Shown: positions 46,676 to 58,300 of the stretch, piece after piece
How the letters are laid out: every line of letters starts with the position of its first letter
Position numbering within the stretch: the stretch's first letter is position 1
Source: an uncultured bacterium
Lineage (GTDB): Bacteria; Verrucomicrobiota; Kiritimatiellia; PWTM01
DNA: 64,000 nt
NCBI GenBank assembly: GCA_963744655.1
Contig: CAVUUJ010000002.1
Coordinates: 926,053-990,052 of the forward strand
Reading direction: 5' to 3'
Program-made: the position numbers and the translations under genes
Notes under the pieces: model-generated
Told to the model about the DNA's origin: nothing
Database searches by the model: none
What the model saw: only the letters and a program-made list of their open reading frames with translations

Positions 46676-49011
46676 ATGCGTGTCGGCCTGCTGAGCACGC
46701 ACTACCCGCCCGCCAGCACGGAGGGCATCCCGCGCCAGCGGCACGCCCTGGCCGTGGAGCTGGCCCGCCGGGGCCACGACGTGCGCGTCATCACCTGCGG
46801 CGGCCGCGCCGCGCGCTTCGAGCACGACGGCGTCCGCGTCCGCGTCGTCCCGCTCCCTTCCGAGGAGCGCACGTGCTTTCCGCGCCGCGCCGCGGCCAAC
46901 GCGGCGCTCTCCTCCGCCCAGGCGCTGTACGAGGGCTTCGCCGCCGACCACCGGGCCGAGCCGTTCGACCTGGTCGATGCGCCGTTGTGGTCCGTGCCCG
47001 GTTTCGTCGCCGCCGAGCGGGCCCCCGTGCCCGTCGTCGCCTGGCTGCAGACGACGAGCCTCCAGCTCCTGCGCATCAACGGGGGACGGCTCCGGCGGGA
47101 GAGCCTGCCCCTCGTGCGCATGGAACGCCGGTTCCTGGAGCAGGCCGACGGTTGGCTGTCCGACTCGCGCGCCGCGCTCGACTCGGTGACCGCCGACTAC
47201 GGGTTGCGCCCGGGGGCGGCCGCCGGCATTGCCTACCTCGGGCTGCCGGACACCGGCCCGCCCCCCGCGCGGGGGGCGCGCCGCGCGACGGCGCCGAGGC
47301 CCTGGTCGTCGGCCGGCTCGAGGCGCGCAAGGGCACGCCGCTGCTGCTGCGGATCCTGCCCCGCCTGCTCCGCCGGCACCCCGGGCTCCGCGTGCGCTTC
47401 GTCGGGACCGACAACAGCCGCAACGACGGCTGGTTCGCGCGGCACGGCCGCACCTACGCCGACAGCTTCCGCCGCCGGCACCCGGAGGCGGCCGCGCGCG
47501 TGCGCTTCGAGGGCTACCTGCCGGACGGCGACCTCGAGGCCCGCTACCGCGACGCCGACCTCCTGCTCGTCCCCTCGCGCTACGAGTCCTTCGGCCTCAT
47601 CTACCTCGAGGCCATGCGCTCGCGCCTCCCCGTGGCGACGTTTGCAGCGGGCGGCGCAAGCGAGGTGTTCGAGCGCGGCGAGGAACACGGGGCGCTGCTC
47701 GTGCCGCCCGGCGACGGCCGCGCGTTCGCCGCGGCGGTCTCGCGGCTGCTGGACGACCGCGCGCTCCGCGAGCGGCTCGGCGCCGCCGGCCGGGCCCGCT
47801 ACGAGGCGGCCTTCACCGCCGCGCACATGGCCGACGCCACGCTCCGCTTCTACGGGCAGGTGCTCGAGACCCGCGCCGCGCGGCCGGTCCCCGCGCGGTG
47901 GCCCGTGCGGCAGGTCATGCACGCGCTCGACACGGGCGACGCCGTCAGCGCCATCACGCAACACGCCGCGCGCGTGCTCGGCCGGCTCGGCCACGACGAG
48001 ACCGTGCTCGTGCACCACGCGCACCCGGGCGCGCGCCGGGCAACCGAGCCCGTCCGCCGCATCCTTCGCGACCCGGACGTGTCGGTGCTGATGCACTTCT
48101 GGAACTACAACCCCGACGCGTGGATCTTGCCGAAGGTGCGCGGGCGGAAGGCCGTGTACTACCACAACGTCACCCCGCCGGAGTTCTTCGCGCCCGGCAC
48201 GGCCACGCGCGAAGCGACGGAGCGGGGCCTGGCCCAGTTGCGGCGCATCGCGGACGCGTTCGACCTCGTTGTCGCCGACTCGCGCCACAATCTCGAGGAC
48301 TTCGGCCGCTTCCTCCGGACGCCGCGCCCGGGGCTGGTCGTCCACCCGGTCGTGGACGCGGAGGCGCTGCGCGCCGGGCCGTTCGAGGGGGACCTCGTCC
48401 GCCGCCTGCGCCGCGGGCCCGGCGCCCGCTGGCTTTTCGTTGGCCGCGTCGCGCGCAACAAGCGCCAGGAGCGCGTCATGACCCTGTTCGACCGCTACGC
48501 GCGCGCGGTCGACCCGGCGGCGCGCCTGTGGCTCGTGGGCAACGATACGCAGGATCCCGCCTACCGCGCCGGGCTCGAAGCGCTCCGCCGGGCCCTGCCT
48601 TCCGGCCGGCGGATCCTGTTCACGGGGCCGGTGGGCGACCGCTCGCTCCGCGCCTACTACCGGGCGGCATCCCTTTTCGTGTGCGCCTCGGAGCACGAGG
48701 GGTTCGGCCTGCCGCTCGTCGAGGCGATGGCGTACGGCGTGCCCGTGATCGCCTTCGCCGCCGCCGCCGTGCCCGAGACGATGGGCGCGGCCGGCATCCT
48801 GGCGCGCTCGTGGGACGCGCCCCGGCTCGTCGAGCTCGCGGCCCTGCTGGAGAGCGACGCGGGGCTGCGGGCGCGGATCCTCGCGGGCCAGCGCGCGAAC
48901 CTGGAGCGGTTCGGCGCGGCGGAGGCGGAACGGCGCCTCGCCGCAGCCGCCGCCTTTCTCTCCGGGGGCACGCCGAGCGCGTACTTCGAGACCGTGGGGC
49001 CGGGGGGCTGA
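46676..49011 (+). pseudogene. Tandem GT4-GT4 glycosyltransferase split by a 1-base frameshift at C6/G6 tracts (47261-47276)
   Basis: The N-lobe (GIPRQ..LA.EL..RGHDVRV) is in one frame. VGRLEARKG, PSRYESFGLIYLEAM and a second GT4 (VGRVARNK, SEHEGFGLPLVEAM) are in another. One extra C or G restores a 778-aa protein. Confidence 0.8.
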
Positions 49012-49013
49012 CC

Positions 49014-51173
49014 GTGCGCGCCTCCGTCGTCATCAACACCTGCGACCGCCTGCCGCACCTGCGGCGGCTCCTGCCCGCGCTGGAACGCCAGCGCGGCGCC
49101 GACTTCGAGGCCGTCGTCGTCAACGGGCCCTCCGCCGACGGCACGGCGGAGTACCTGCGGGGCTGGGGGGCGCGGATCAAGGTGGTCGACTGCCCGGAGC
49201 GCAACCTCTCGCTGTCGCGCAACCTCGGCATCGCCGCCGCCGCGGGCGACATCGTCCTGTTCATCGACGACGACGCGCTGCCGGAGGACGGGCGCTGGGT
49301 GGCCCGCGCGCTGGCCGCCTTCGCCGGCGATCCGGACGGGCGCCTCGGGGCCGTCACCGGCGAGGTCCGCCGCGCGGACACCGACGCGTACGAGTTCCGC
49401 GGGGTCTGGACCGACGACTACGGCTTCCAGCTGTTCCGCGCCGACGCGCCGCCGGGCGGCCGCTGGCTGCCGCGGGTCTGCGGCGGCAACGCCGCCTTCC
49501 GGCGCACGGTGCTCGCCGAACTGGGCGGGTTCGACCCGTTCTACCGCTACTACCACGACGAGTCGGACCTCTCGCTGCGCCTGGGGCGCGCCGGGTACCG
49601 CGTGGAGACGGTGCCGGGGTTCGCCGTGCGGCACTACCCGGCCCGCGCCGCCGGCGGCCGGTCGCCGTACGTGCGCGACTGGTCCGTCATCGCGGCAAGC
49701 GACGCCTACTTCGCCGTGAAGAACGGCGGGGATCCCCAGCCCCTGCGCCTGGTCCGCGCGCTGCGCGCCGCCGCCCGCAAGCACTACGTGGCGGAGCTGG
49801 CCGGCGCGCGCCGGGCCGGCCTGCTTGGCACGGCCGCCTGGTGCCGCATGACACTGCGCTGCGCGCGCGGCACCGCGCGCGGCACGCTGGCCGGCCTGTT
49901 CCGGCCGCGGACGCCCGCCCGTTTCCCCGCCCCGCCCGCCTTCCGCCCGTTCGGGCCCCCGGCGGCGGAGGCGCCGCCGCTGCGCATCGCGCTGCTGACC
50001 CGCACCGTGCCCGGGCAGCCAGGCTACGGCGGCATCGGCCGCTACACCTTCGACCTCGCGCGCGGTCTTCACGAGCGGGGCCACGAGGTGCACGTCCTCT
50101 GCCGCAGCGAGCAGCCGCTGCGCCGCGAGAGCCTCGGCTTCCTCGTGCACGGCATCGCGGAACGGGACCTGGGGCCCGCCATCGGCGGTAACGCGCCCGT
50201 CCTCGCGAAGAACCTCCGCTACGCCATGGCCGTCGCCCGCAAGCTCGCCGCCCTGCGGGCGGCCGGGACCGCGATCGACGTGGTGCACGCCACGAACTGG
50301 GATGCCGAGGCCGCCGCCGTGCTCCGCACGCGGGCGGCCCCCACGGTCCTCATGCTGGTGACGCCGCTCGCTCAGACGATCGCCGCCGAGGGGTGGGAGA
50401 AGACGGAGGACCTGGCCCGCTGCGTCGCACTGGACCGCTGGCAGGTGCTGCACGCCGGCGCCGTCTGCGCGCCGTCCGGCGGCGTGCTGGAGAGCTACCG
50501 CGAGCACATGGGCCTGGTCCCCGGCGGCGACTACGCGCCGCGCATCGTGCCGCTCGGCGTCGCGTTCGACCCGGCGGGGCCGCTGCCGCCGCGCGGCCGC
50601 CGCAGGACGCTGCTCTACGTCGGCCGCTTCGAGCGGCGCAAGGGGATCGACGACCTGCTCGAGGCCCTGCCGGACCTCCTCCCGCGTTTCCCCGACTGGG
50701 ACGTCGAACTCGTCGGGCGCGACCCGGAGAACGCGGCGGGCGAGACGCGGGCGGCGGCCTTCCGAAAGCGGCACGGCCGCCGGGGCTGGGCGCGGCGCGT
50801 GCGGTTCCGCGGCGAGGTGCACGACGCGGCGCTGCGCGAGGCCTACCGCCGCTGCGACCTGTTCGTCGCACCGTCACGCTTCGAGTCCTTCGGCCTGATC
50901 TACCACGAGGCGATGCAGTACGGGAAGGCGGTGGTCGGCTGCCGGACCGGCGGCGTGCCGGAAACCGTGGAGCACGGCGTGGACGGCTGGCTGGTCGAGC
51001 CCGGCTCCGTGCACGACCTGCGGGCGGCGCTCGGCCGGCTCATGGCCGACGACCCGTTCCGCGCCCGGCTCGGCGCCGCCGGCGCACGCCGGGTGCGCGA
51101 ACGCCAGAACCACCTCACCATGGCCGCCGCCCTCGAGCCGGTCTACCGCGCGGCGGCCGAGGTCGCGAAGTAG
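49014..51173 (+). CDS. Bifunctional GT2-GT4 glycosyltransferase
   Basis: GT2: SVVINT.DR, RNLGI, FIDDDA, GGFDP..DESD. GT4: GGIGRY, VGRFERRKG, PSRFESFGLIYHEAM. Confidence 0.9.
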   Translation: MRASVVINTCDRLPHLRRLLPALERQRGADFEAVVVNGPSADGTAEYLRGWGARIKVVDCPERNLSLSRNLGIAAAAGDIVLFIDDDALPEDGRWVARALAAFAGDPDGRLGAVTGEVRRADTDAYEFRGVWTDDYGFQLFRADAPPGGRWLPRVCGGNAAFRRTVLAELGGFDPFYRYYHDESDLSLRLGRAGYRVETVPGFAVRHYPARAAGGRSPYVRDWSVIAASDAYFAVKNGGDPQPLRLVRALRAAARKHYVAELAGARRAGLLGTAAWCRMTLRCARGTARGTLAGLFRPRTPARFPAPPAFRPFGPPAAEAPPLRIALLTRTVPGQPGYGGIGRYTFDLARGLHERGHEVHVLCRSEQPLRRESLGFLVHGIAERDLGPAIGGNAPVLAKNLRYAMAVARKLAALRAAGTAIDVVHATNWDAEAAAVLRTRAAPTVLMLVTPLAQTIAAEGWEKTEDLARCVALDRWQVLHAGAVCAPSGGVLESYREHMGLVPGGDYAPRIVPLGVAFDPAGPLPPRGRRRTLLYVGRFERRKGIDDLLEALPDLLPRFPDWDVELVGRDPENAAGETRAAAFRKRHGRRGWARRVRFRGEVHDAALREAYRRCDLFVAPSRFESFGLIYHEAMQYGKAVVGCRTGGVPETVEHGVDGWLVEPGSVHDLRAALGRLMADDPFRARLGAAGARRVRERQNHLTMAAALEPVYRAAAEVAK

Positions 51174-52087
51174 ACCGCGTCGCCCATCACGGTGGCGACG
51201 CGCAGCAGGAGCGCGCTCTCGAGCGCCGCGGCGTCGCCGAGCGCGGGGGCCAGCGCGGCGGTCAGCACGGCCTCGCGCACGCCGAGCCCGGCGGGCGCGC
51301 CGGGCGTCACGTAGCCCAGGATCCACGCGAGGGCGAACGCGGCCAGCACGCGGCCGGTCACGGCGATGCCGCCGGCGGCGCCCGGCGCGGTACGCGAAAC
51401 GATCCCCAGCAGCACGAGGCCCGCGCCGAGGAAGAAGGCGGCGTGCACGGCCAGCGCCGGCAGCACGTCGCGCGCCAGCGCCCCCGTGTCCAGCGGCCGC
51501 CAGCCCCACCGGCGCAGGCGGTCCGCGCGGCGCGCGACGGCGTTGAGCGCGAAGGGCGCCGCCGCCGCGCCGAGCAGCAGGGCGGCCAGGCGGACGGCGG
51601 AAACCCGTCCGGGCAGGTGAACGAAGAAGGCGGCCCCGCCGGCCGCGACCGCGGCCGACGCCAGCAGCAGGCTCGCCGCCTCGAGCAGCGCGGCCTGCGC
51701 CAGCGCGCCGTGCGCGAACCCGGCGGCGACGCCCAGCGCGTGGCGTCCGCCGAAGTGCAGCACGTTGCCCGGAAGGTATTTGGCCACCTGCGAGCGCGCG
51801 TACATCCGGTGCGCCGTGCCCCATGCGACCGCGCGGCCGGAGGCGGCCTGGAGCAGCCGCCGCCAGCCCGTGCCGAGCGCGAGACAGAGCACCCCGTACG
51901 CCAGGGCGGCCTGCCCGGCCGTGGCGGCGGCGCGGCCCGGTTCGAGCGCGGCCACCGCGTCCCAGCTCGAGCGGAGGCGCCCCGCGAGGAAGACCGCCGA
52001 GACGGCGAGCGCCGCAAGCCCGGCGGCGCGAACCGCCGCGCGCTTCAGGCCGGGACGCCGCGGCTTCGGGCCAGCACCATCGTCCAT
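51143..52087 (-). CDS. LPG-synthase-TM/UPF0104-like (flippase-like) membrane protein
   Basis: SQVAKYLPG, GYVTPGAPAGLGVRE, many TMs. Start uncertain. Confidence 0.75.
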   Translation of the reverse strand: MDDGAGPKPRRPGLKRAAVRAAGLAALAVSAVFLAGRLRSSWDAVAALEPGRAAATAGQAALAYGVLCLALGTGWRRLLQAASGRAVAWGTAHRMYARSQVAKYLPGNVLHFGGRHALGVAAGFAHGALAQAALLEAASLLLASAAVAAGGAAFFVHLPGRVSAVRLAALLLGAAAAPFALNAVARRADRLRRWGWRPLDTGALARDVLPALAVHAAFFLGAGLVLLGIVSRTAPGAAGGIAVTGRVLAAFALAWILGYVTPGAPAGLGVREAVLTAALAPALGDAAALESALLLRVATVMGDAVYFATSAAAR

Positions 52088-52683
52088 GGCACGGGGTGTA
52101 GCACGCGCAGCACGTCGAAGTCCCGCGCGATCCACCGCACGAAGCCGCGCGGCGACCAGTGCTGCAGGTGGCCCGGCGTGTTGCCGAGGCGGGCGAGGTA
52201 AGTCCCGCGGGCCATGTTCAGCATCCGCCAGAGCGGTTCGGCGGGCACGCTGGCGACCAGGTACGGGCGCGCCGCGGCGGCGAGCCGCGCCCGCGCCTCC
52301 TCCGGGCGGGCGAGGTGTTCCAGCGCCTCGCAGCAGACGACCAGCGGCGCGGCGTCGGCCTCCCCGAGCTCGTAAAGGCTGCGCACCGTGAACGGCGTCG
52401 CGTCGCCGGCCGCCAGGGACAGGGCGCGGGCCTCCCCGATGATCGCTGGCGAGACGTCGCTGCCGCGCACGCGGTAACCCGCCGCCGCGAGGCGGCGCGC
52501 CAGGTGGCCCTCCCCGCAGCCGACCTCGTGCACGTCGCGCACGCCGGTCTCCGCGGCCAGCCCGAGCAGCGCCCGGTAGAAGCGCGCCATCAGCCGGCGC
52601 GTCACCGGGTTCGCGGAACCGTGCTTGTCGCCGTAGTTGCCCGCCGGCCCGCCGTTCTCGAAGGGGGCCTCACGGCGCGTCAT
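52045..52683 (-). CDS. Class I SAM-dependent methyltransferase
   Basis: GNY.DK..S.NP, EVGCGEG, GSDVS, CCEALEHL, SVP.EP.W, GNTPGH..HWS. Confidence 0.88.
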   Translation of the reverse strand: MTRREAPFENGGPAGNYGDKHGSANPVTRRLMARFYRALLGLAAETGVRDVHEVGCGEGHLARRLAAAGYRVRGSDVSPAIIGEARALSLAAGDATPFTVRSLYELGEADAAPLVVCCEALEHLARPEEARARLAAAARPYLVASVPAEPLWRMLNMARGTYLARLGNTPGHLQHWSPRGFVRWIARDFDVLRVLHPVPWTMVLARSRGVPA

Positions 52684-53638
52684 GCGGGGCGCCCCCCTTG
52701 AACCGCTCCTCCGCCTGCCGGATTCGCCAGTCGAGCTTCTCCAGCAGCTTGCGGTTCACCGCGATCAGGTCGGCCAGCAGCGCCAGCACGAAGAGCAGGA
52801 AGCCGAGGCTCATGAGGAGCGAGGCGAGGATGAGCGACTGGATCTTCCCCGCCCCGTGCCCCGCCGCGTAGAAGACCAGAAAGCGCGCGCCAAGGCCGAC
52901 CCCCGCCGCGAACGGCACCGCCCCCAGCGCGAGGAAGAACCGCATGGGGCGGTAGGTCATGAAGATCCGGCCGATGGTGAACCCCGAGCGGCGCAGGTAG
53001 TCCGGCACGCTCCGTACCAGCCGCGAGGGCCGCAGCGGGGCGTTCACGCGCACCGGCACGGAGACGACCGCGATGCCCTTCTGTCCCGCTTGGATGAGGG
53101 TTTCGAGCGTGTAGGTGTACTCGCCGAAGACGTTCAGCTGCATGGCCGCCCGGCGGCTGAAGGCGCGGAAACCGCTCGGCGCGTCGCCGACCTCCGTGCG
53201 GCTCGCCTTGCGCACGACGCGGGAGCCCAGCCGCTGCAGCAGCTTCTTGACGGGAGAAAAGTGTTCGATGTCCCCGATCGGACGCGTTCCGACCACCAGC
53301 TCCGCCTCGCCGGCCAGGATGGGCGCGACCAGCGCGGGCACGTCGGCCGCGCAGTACTGGTTGTCGCCGTCCGTGTTGACGATCACGTCCGCGCCGCGCG
53401 CGAGGCAGGCCTCCAGCCCGGTGCAGAAGGCCCGGGCGAGCCCGAGGTTCACCGGGTGGCGCACGACGTGGTCGGCCCCGTGGCGCCGGGCGACCTCCGC
53501 GGTGCCGTCGCTGCTTCCGTCGTCGACCACCAGCCACTCCACGCGGTCGAACCCCGCCACCTCGCGGGGCAGGTCGGCCAGCGCCGCCGGCAGCGTATCC
53601 GCCTCGTTGTAGCACGGCACCTGGATGATCAGTTTCAC
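52670..53638 (-). CDS. GT2 polyprenol-phosphate glycosyltransferase (DPM1/GtrB-like) with two C-terminal TMs
   Basis: IQVPCYNE, VDDGSSDGT, NTDGDNQY, DAPSGFRA, R.SRL, two C-terminal hydrophobic helices. Confidence 0.9.
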   Translation of the reverse strand: MKLIIQVPCYNEADTLPAALADLPREVAGFDRVEWLVVDDGSSDGTAEVARRHGADHVVRHPVNLGLARAFCTGLEACLARGADVIVNTDGDNQYCAADVPALVAPILAGEAELVVGTRPIGDIEHFSPVKKLLQRLGSRVVRKASRTEVGDAPSGFRAFSRRAAMQLNVFGEYTYTLETLIQAGQKGIAVVSVPVRVNAPLRPSRLVRSVPDYLRRSGFTIGRIFMTYRPMRFFLALGAVPFAAGVGLGARFLVFYAAGHGAGKIQSLILASLLMSLGFLLFVLALLADLIAVNRKLLEKLDWRIRQAEERFKGGAPHDAP

Positions 53639-55155
53639 GCGGGGGGGCCCTCCTCCGCCGGCGGTCCGAGCGCGAGGCTGAGCCACCCCAGCAGGGCGCA
53701 CAGGTACGACGGCAGCAGGTACCGGAACTGGGGCGCGACGTCGGGTAGCGCGAACGCGGCGGCATACGCGAGGGCCAGCGCGGAGGCGACGCCCGCCGCC
53801 GGGCGCTTCAGGCGCCAGCCCAGCAGCAGCCCGGCCGCGCTACAGGCGAGGGCCGGCCACGCCCACCACAGCGCGGTCCTTCTGCTTCGCTCCAGCCACC
53901 CGGTCGCCCGGTGGCGCAGGCCGGGCAGCCGCGACGAGACCGACAGGCCGAGGTCGTTGTCGATGATGGCGTCGTAGTAGTGGTCGGAGCGCGACGGGCG
54001 CAGGCCCACCGCGTACACGAGCACGAGGGCCTTGTGGCGCGCGTAGGCCCACGGGTGGCGCACCGCCATGCGGACGGCCGCCGAGCGGATGAACGCGCGG
54101 TGCCGCTCGAGCTCTTTCACGGAGATCTGCGGCGGGGACGCAAAGATGATGCGGCCGATGAAATGCCCGGAGGCCACGTCGAAGGTGGAGAGCACCTCCT
54201 CGAGCTTGCCGTCGCCGAAGCGGCGGTCGAACGCCGCGCGCTCCGCCCGGAACTCGTCCGAGCCGCGGTCGAGCCGATCCACGACGCCGAGGTACTGGGT
54301 GACGAGATAGATGTGGGCCGAAGGCGTGGGGCGCACGGCGGGGTGCCGCTCGACCAGCCGCGGGGCCGCCGCCGCGAGCAGCAGGACCGCCGCGGGGCCG
54401 AGCGCGCGCCGCCACCGGGCCCGGCCCGGGGCCGCGCGCCAGGCGGCGCACGCCGATACCACGGCCGCGCTCAACGCGTTGTGCCGGAAGCACGACGCAG
54501 CGGTCATCAGCAGCGTGGCCGGGACAAGCGGCCGCCCGGCGCGCCGGCGCCAGGCCTCCGCGAGGAAGGGTAGGGCCGCCACCACGCACGTCGCGGTCCA
54601 CACGTCCTTCCAGAGGGTAACCGGGTAGACCCAGAGCACCGGGTTCGCCGCGCACAGGGCGCACGCGGCCAGTCCCCGGCGGGGTCCGCCGGTCACCCAC
54701 AGCGCGGCCCGGAACAGGGCAAACCAGAAGACGACCGCCTGCACGGCGGCGAAGCCTCCGGGCCCGTCGGACACCTGCTGGAACAGGTGCATGAGCAGCG
54801 CCGTCGCCGGCGGATGCCACGTGCCGTAGCGGCCCTCCAGGGCCTGCCGCCAGGTGCCGATCGAATCCGCCGTCATGACCGCCGGGTGGAAGACCGACCA
54901 CCAGAAAAGGCCGGCGGCCAGGGCGAGGGCAAGAGCGGTCGCGTCGCGCAGGCGCGGCGACGGGGTCCCGGCGGTCGCGAGCCGCCAGGCGGCCAGCCAT
55001 GCCGCCGCGAGGACCGGCAGGCTCCACCCGACGGCTTGCACCCGCACGCCCGGGTCCCAGGCCGGGGCGAGCGCGGCGGCCGAAAGCGCGGCGAGCAGCA
55101 GCGGTGCGGCGGCAGCCGCCGCGCGCTTCCCGTGCGTCCCGTCCCGCTCCGTCAT
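53635..55155 (-). CDS. Polytopic membrane protein, probable GT-C fold (DUF6020-like)
   Basis: MTADS...W.QA..G.Y.TWHPP, LWKD, FRHN, QFRY.LP, about 10 TMs with a large loop. Confidence 0.6.
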   Translation of the reverse strand: MTERDGTHGKRAAAAAAPLLLAALSAAALAPAWDPGVRVQAVGWSLPVLAAAWLAAWRLATAGTPSPRLRDATALALALAAGLFWWSVFHPAVMTADSIGTWRQALEGRYGTWHPPATALLMHLFQQVSDGPGGFAAVQAVVFWFALFRAALWVTGGPRRGLAACALCAANPVLWVYPVTLWKDVWTATCVVAALPFLAEAWRRRAGRPLVPATLLMTAASCFRHNALSAAVVSACAAWRAAPGRARWRRALGPAAVLLLAAAAPRLVERHPAVRPTPSAHIYLVTQYLGVVDRLDRGSDEFRAERAAFDRRFGDGKLEEVLSTFDVASGHFIGRIIFASPPQISVKELERHRAFIRSAAVRMAVRHPWAYARHKALVLVYAVGLRPSRSDHYYDAIIDNDLGLSVSSRLPGLRHRATGWLERSRRTALWWAWPALACSAAGLLLGWRLKRPAAGVASALALAYAAAFALPDVAPQFRYLLPSYLCALLGWLSLALGPPAEEGPPA

Positions 55156-55333
55156 CCCTCGCCCTCCCTTCGCGCGCCCGTGAGCCTAGCGGTTGCGCCT
55201 GCCCGCGGCCAGCCCGCAGGCCGTGCGCCGCACCGCGCGCTCGACCGCTTCGGACGTGTTGCGCTAGGGTTCGGCTGTCGCGGCCGCGCTTCCGGGTGAG
55301 GGGCGGGCGCAGCGGCGCGGGACGACCGGAACG

Positions 55334-58300
55334 GTGCCGAAGGTTTCCGTCATCATCCCCTGTTTCAACCAGGGCGCCTACCTCGACGAGGCCGTGGACT
55401 CGGTCCTCGCCCAGACCTTCGAGGACCTGGAGATCGTGGTCGTCGACGACGGCTCGACCGACCCCGCTACGGTCGCGAAGCTCGCCGCCTACGAGCGGCC
55501 GAAGACGCGCGTGGTGCACACCCCGAACCTCGGCCTGCCGGGCGCGCGCAACCTGGGCATCCGCGAGAGCCGCGGCGCGTACCTCCTCCCGCTCGACGCC
55601 GACGACCGGATCGCGCCGACGTACGTCGAGCAGGCCGCGGCGGTGCTCGACGCCTCGCCCGGCACGGGCATCGTCTACTGCCGGGCGGAGTTGTTCGGCG
55701 ACGAGGAGGGTCCGTGGGCGCTGCCGCCGTTCCGCCTGCCGGACGGGCTCGTTTCGCCGTGCATCTTCGCGTCGGCCCTGTTCCGCCGGTCGGACTGGGA
55801 GGCCGCGGGCGGGTACTGCGAAACGATGCGCTCGGGCCTCGAGGACCACGATCTGTGGCTGTCGCTCCTCGAGCGCGGCGCCGCGGTGCACCGGCTCGAC
55901 GAAACGCTCTTCCACTACCGGCGCACGGCCGCGAGCATGTCGCGGCACTACACGCCGGAGCAGCTCCACGCCCTCCTCGACGCCTGCATCCGGCGCCACC
56001 GCCCCCTTTTCGAGCGCCACTTCGAGGGCATCTGCCACCTCGCCTTCGACGCCGGCGAACGCGCCAGGCACCGCGAGCCGGCCGCCCCGCCCGACGGCGG
56101 CCGCCCGCCTTCTGCGCGGCGCGCGGGCAGCCCGCTGGCGCGCCTGCCGGGCCTGGCGCGGGTGCGCGCCCTCTTCCCCTACGTCCGGGTCTACCGCGGC
56201 CGCGGCTGGCACGTCGCGCTGGAGGACTTCGCGACCGGCGCCGGCCGCCTGCGCCTGGATGGCTGGGCCTTCCACGAGCGGGGCGCGGCGCGCCGCGCCG
56301 TCCTCGCGCACGGCGCCGCCCGCACGGCCCTGGCCTGGGGCCGCCCGCGCGGCGACGTCGCCGACGTCCATCCCCGGTTCGCCTCCGCCGCCCGCAGCGG
56401 CCTCGTAGGCAGCGCGCCCCTCGAGGCGTCGCCCGGCGCACCCCGCCTGGAGCTGGAGGCCGGGGACACCTCGCTCTCGCTGCGGCTGCCCCGGCCGGCC
56501 CGCCTGCGCGCCGGGCGCCTCGCCGCCACCCTGGCCGCCGTCACGCCCGCGCGCGCCGGCAAGGCCGTGCTCTGGCTGCTGCAGGGCAAGCCGGGCCTGG
56601 TGGCGGCGGAGGTGCGCCGCCTCGCGCACGTGCCCGACCGCCGCGCGGAAACCGGCGAGCTCGCGCGCGTGCTCGACGCGTGGGAGACCGGAACGGCCCC
56701 GGCCGCCGCGGACGGCGGGTTCGACGTGATCGTGCCGGTCTACAACGGCGCGGCGTTCCTGCCGCGGTTCCTGGAGAGCCTCCGGGCCCACACCGGCCCG
56801 CGGCACCGCGTCATCCTCGTGGAGGACGCCAGCACCGACCCCGCGGTCCTCCCGCTCCTGGAGGCCTTTTGCAAAGGGCGTCCGGGCACCGTACTCCTTC
56901 GCCACGACGTCAACCGCGGCTTCGTCGCCTCCGTGAACGAGGGCGCGCGCCGCGCGCGCGGCCACTTCGCCATCGTGAACACCGACGTCGAGTTGCCGGG
57001 GGGCTGGCTCGAACGGCTCATGGCGCCGATCCTGCGCGACCCCCTCGTCGCCAGCGCCACGCCCTTCACCGACGGCGGCACGCTGAACGCGTTTCCGGAA
57101 ATCGGCCGCGACAACGAGCTGCCCGACGGCGCGACGCCCGGCGAGGTCGACGCGGTCTTCCGCCGCGTCGACGCGGCGCGCCTCCGCATCGAGGCCCCCA
57201 CGGGCATGGGCTTCTGCATGGGCTTCCGCGCCGAGGCGGTGCGCGCGATCGGGCGGTTCGACGAGGAGGCCTTCGGCCGCGGGTACGCCGAGGAAAACGA
57301 CTGGTGCCTGCGCGCGCGGGCCGCCGGCTACACGCACCTGCTCGTCCCGAACCTCTTCGTCCACCACGCGCACACCGGCAGTTTCGGCCGGGAGAAGCAG
57401 GCCCTGCTCGAGCGCAACCTCGCCGTGCTGCGGCGCCGGCACCCGGGGTACGACCGGCTCACGGGCGACTTTTTCCGGCTCGACCCGCCGGGCGTGCTGC
57501 GCCGCTTCCTGCTCTTCCGGCTCCTCGCGGAACGCGCGGGGGACCGGCTCCGCGTGATCGTCGACCACGACATGGGCGGGGGCGCGAACGCCTACCGCGA
57601 CGAGTGGATCCGGCGCCACGCGGACGCGGGCGACACGGTCGTGGCGCTGCTGTACGCCGCGCGCGAGCGGGCCTACCGGCTCGCCCTGCGCCGCGGCGCC
57701 CTCGAGGCGGTCCTGTGGGCGGCGGATCTCGACGCCGTCTTCCGCGTCCTGGGCGGGCTGCGCCCGGCCGAGGCCTGGTACAACTGCGCCGTCACCTTCC
57801 CGGACCCGCTCGACCTGGCCGCCCGCCTCCGCGCGTGGCGGCGGGGCGCTGCGGCGAAACTCATCGTGGCCGTCGAGGACTTCTTCCCGCTCTGTCCCTC
57901 GTTCGACCTGCTCGACCGCGACGGGCGTTTCTGCGGCGTGCCCGACCGTGCGGCGTGCCGCGCGTGCCTGCCCGGCAACCCGTTCACCGAGGGCGACGTG
58001 CCCCGCGACATCGACGCCTGGCGCGACGCCTGGGGCGCGGTGCTCGCGGACGCGGACGAGGTGGTGTGCTTCTCGGAGGACTCCGCGAAGTGGGTGCGGC
58101 GCGCGTACCCGGACCTCGGGGAGAAGCCCCGCTTCCGCATCGAGCCGCACGAGCTGGAGCCCGCCGGGGTGCGCGTGCCGCGCGTGCGCGCCGGCGGTCC
58201 GCTGCACGTGGGCATCGTGGGCGGGGTGAACCACGCGAAGGGCCTGGAGGTGATCGAGGCGATGGCCGCCGCGGTCCGGCGCCGCGGACTCGACGCGCGC

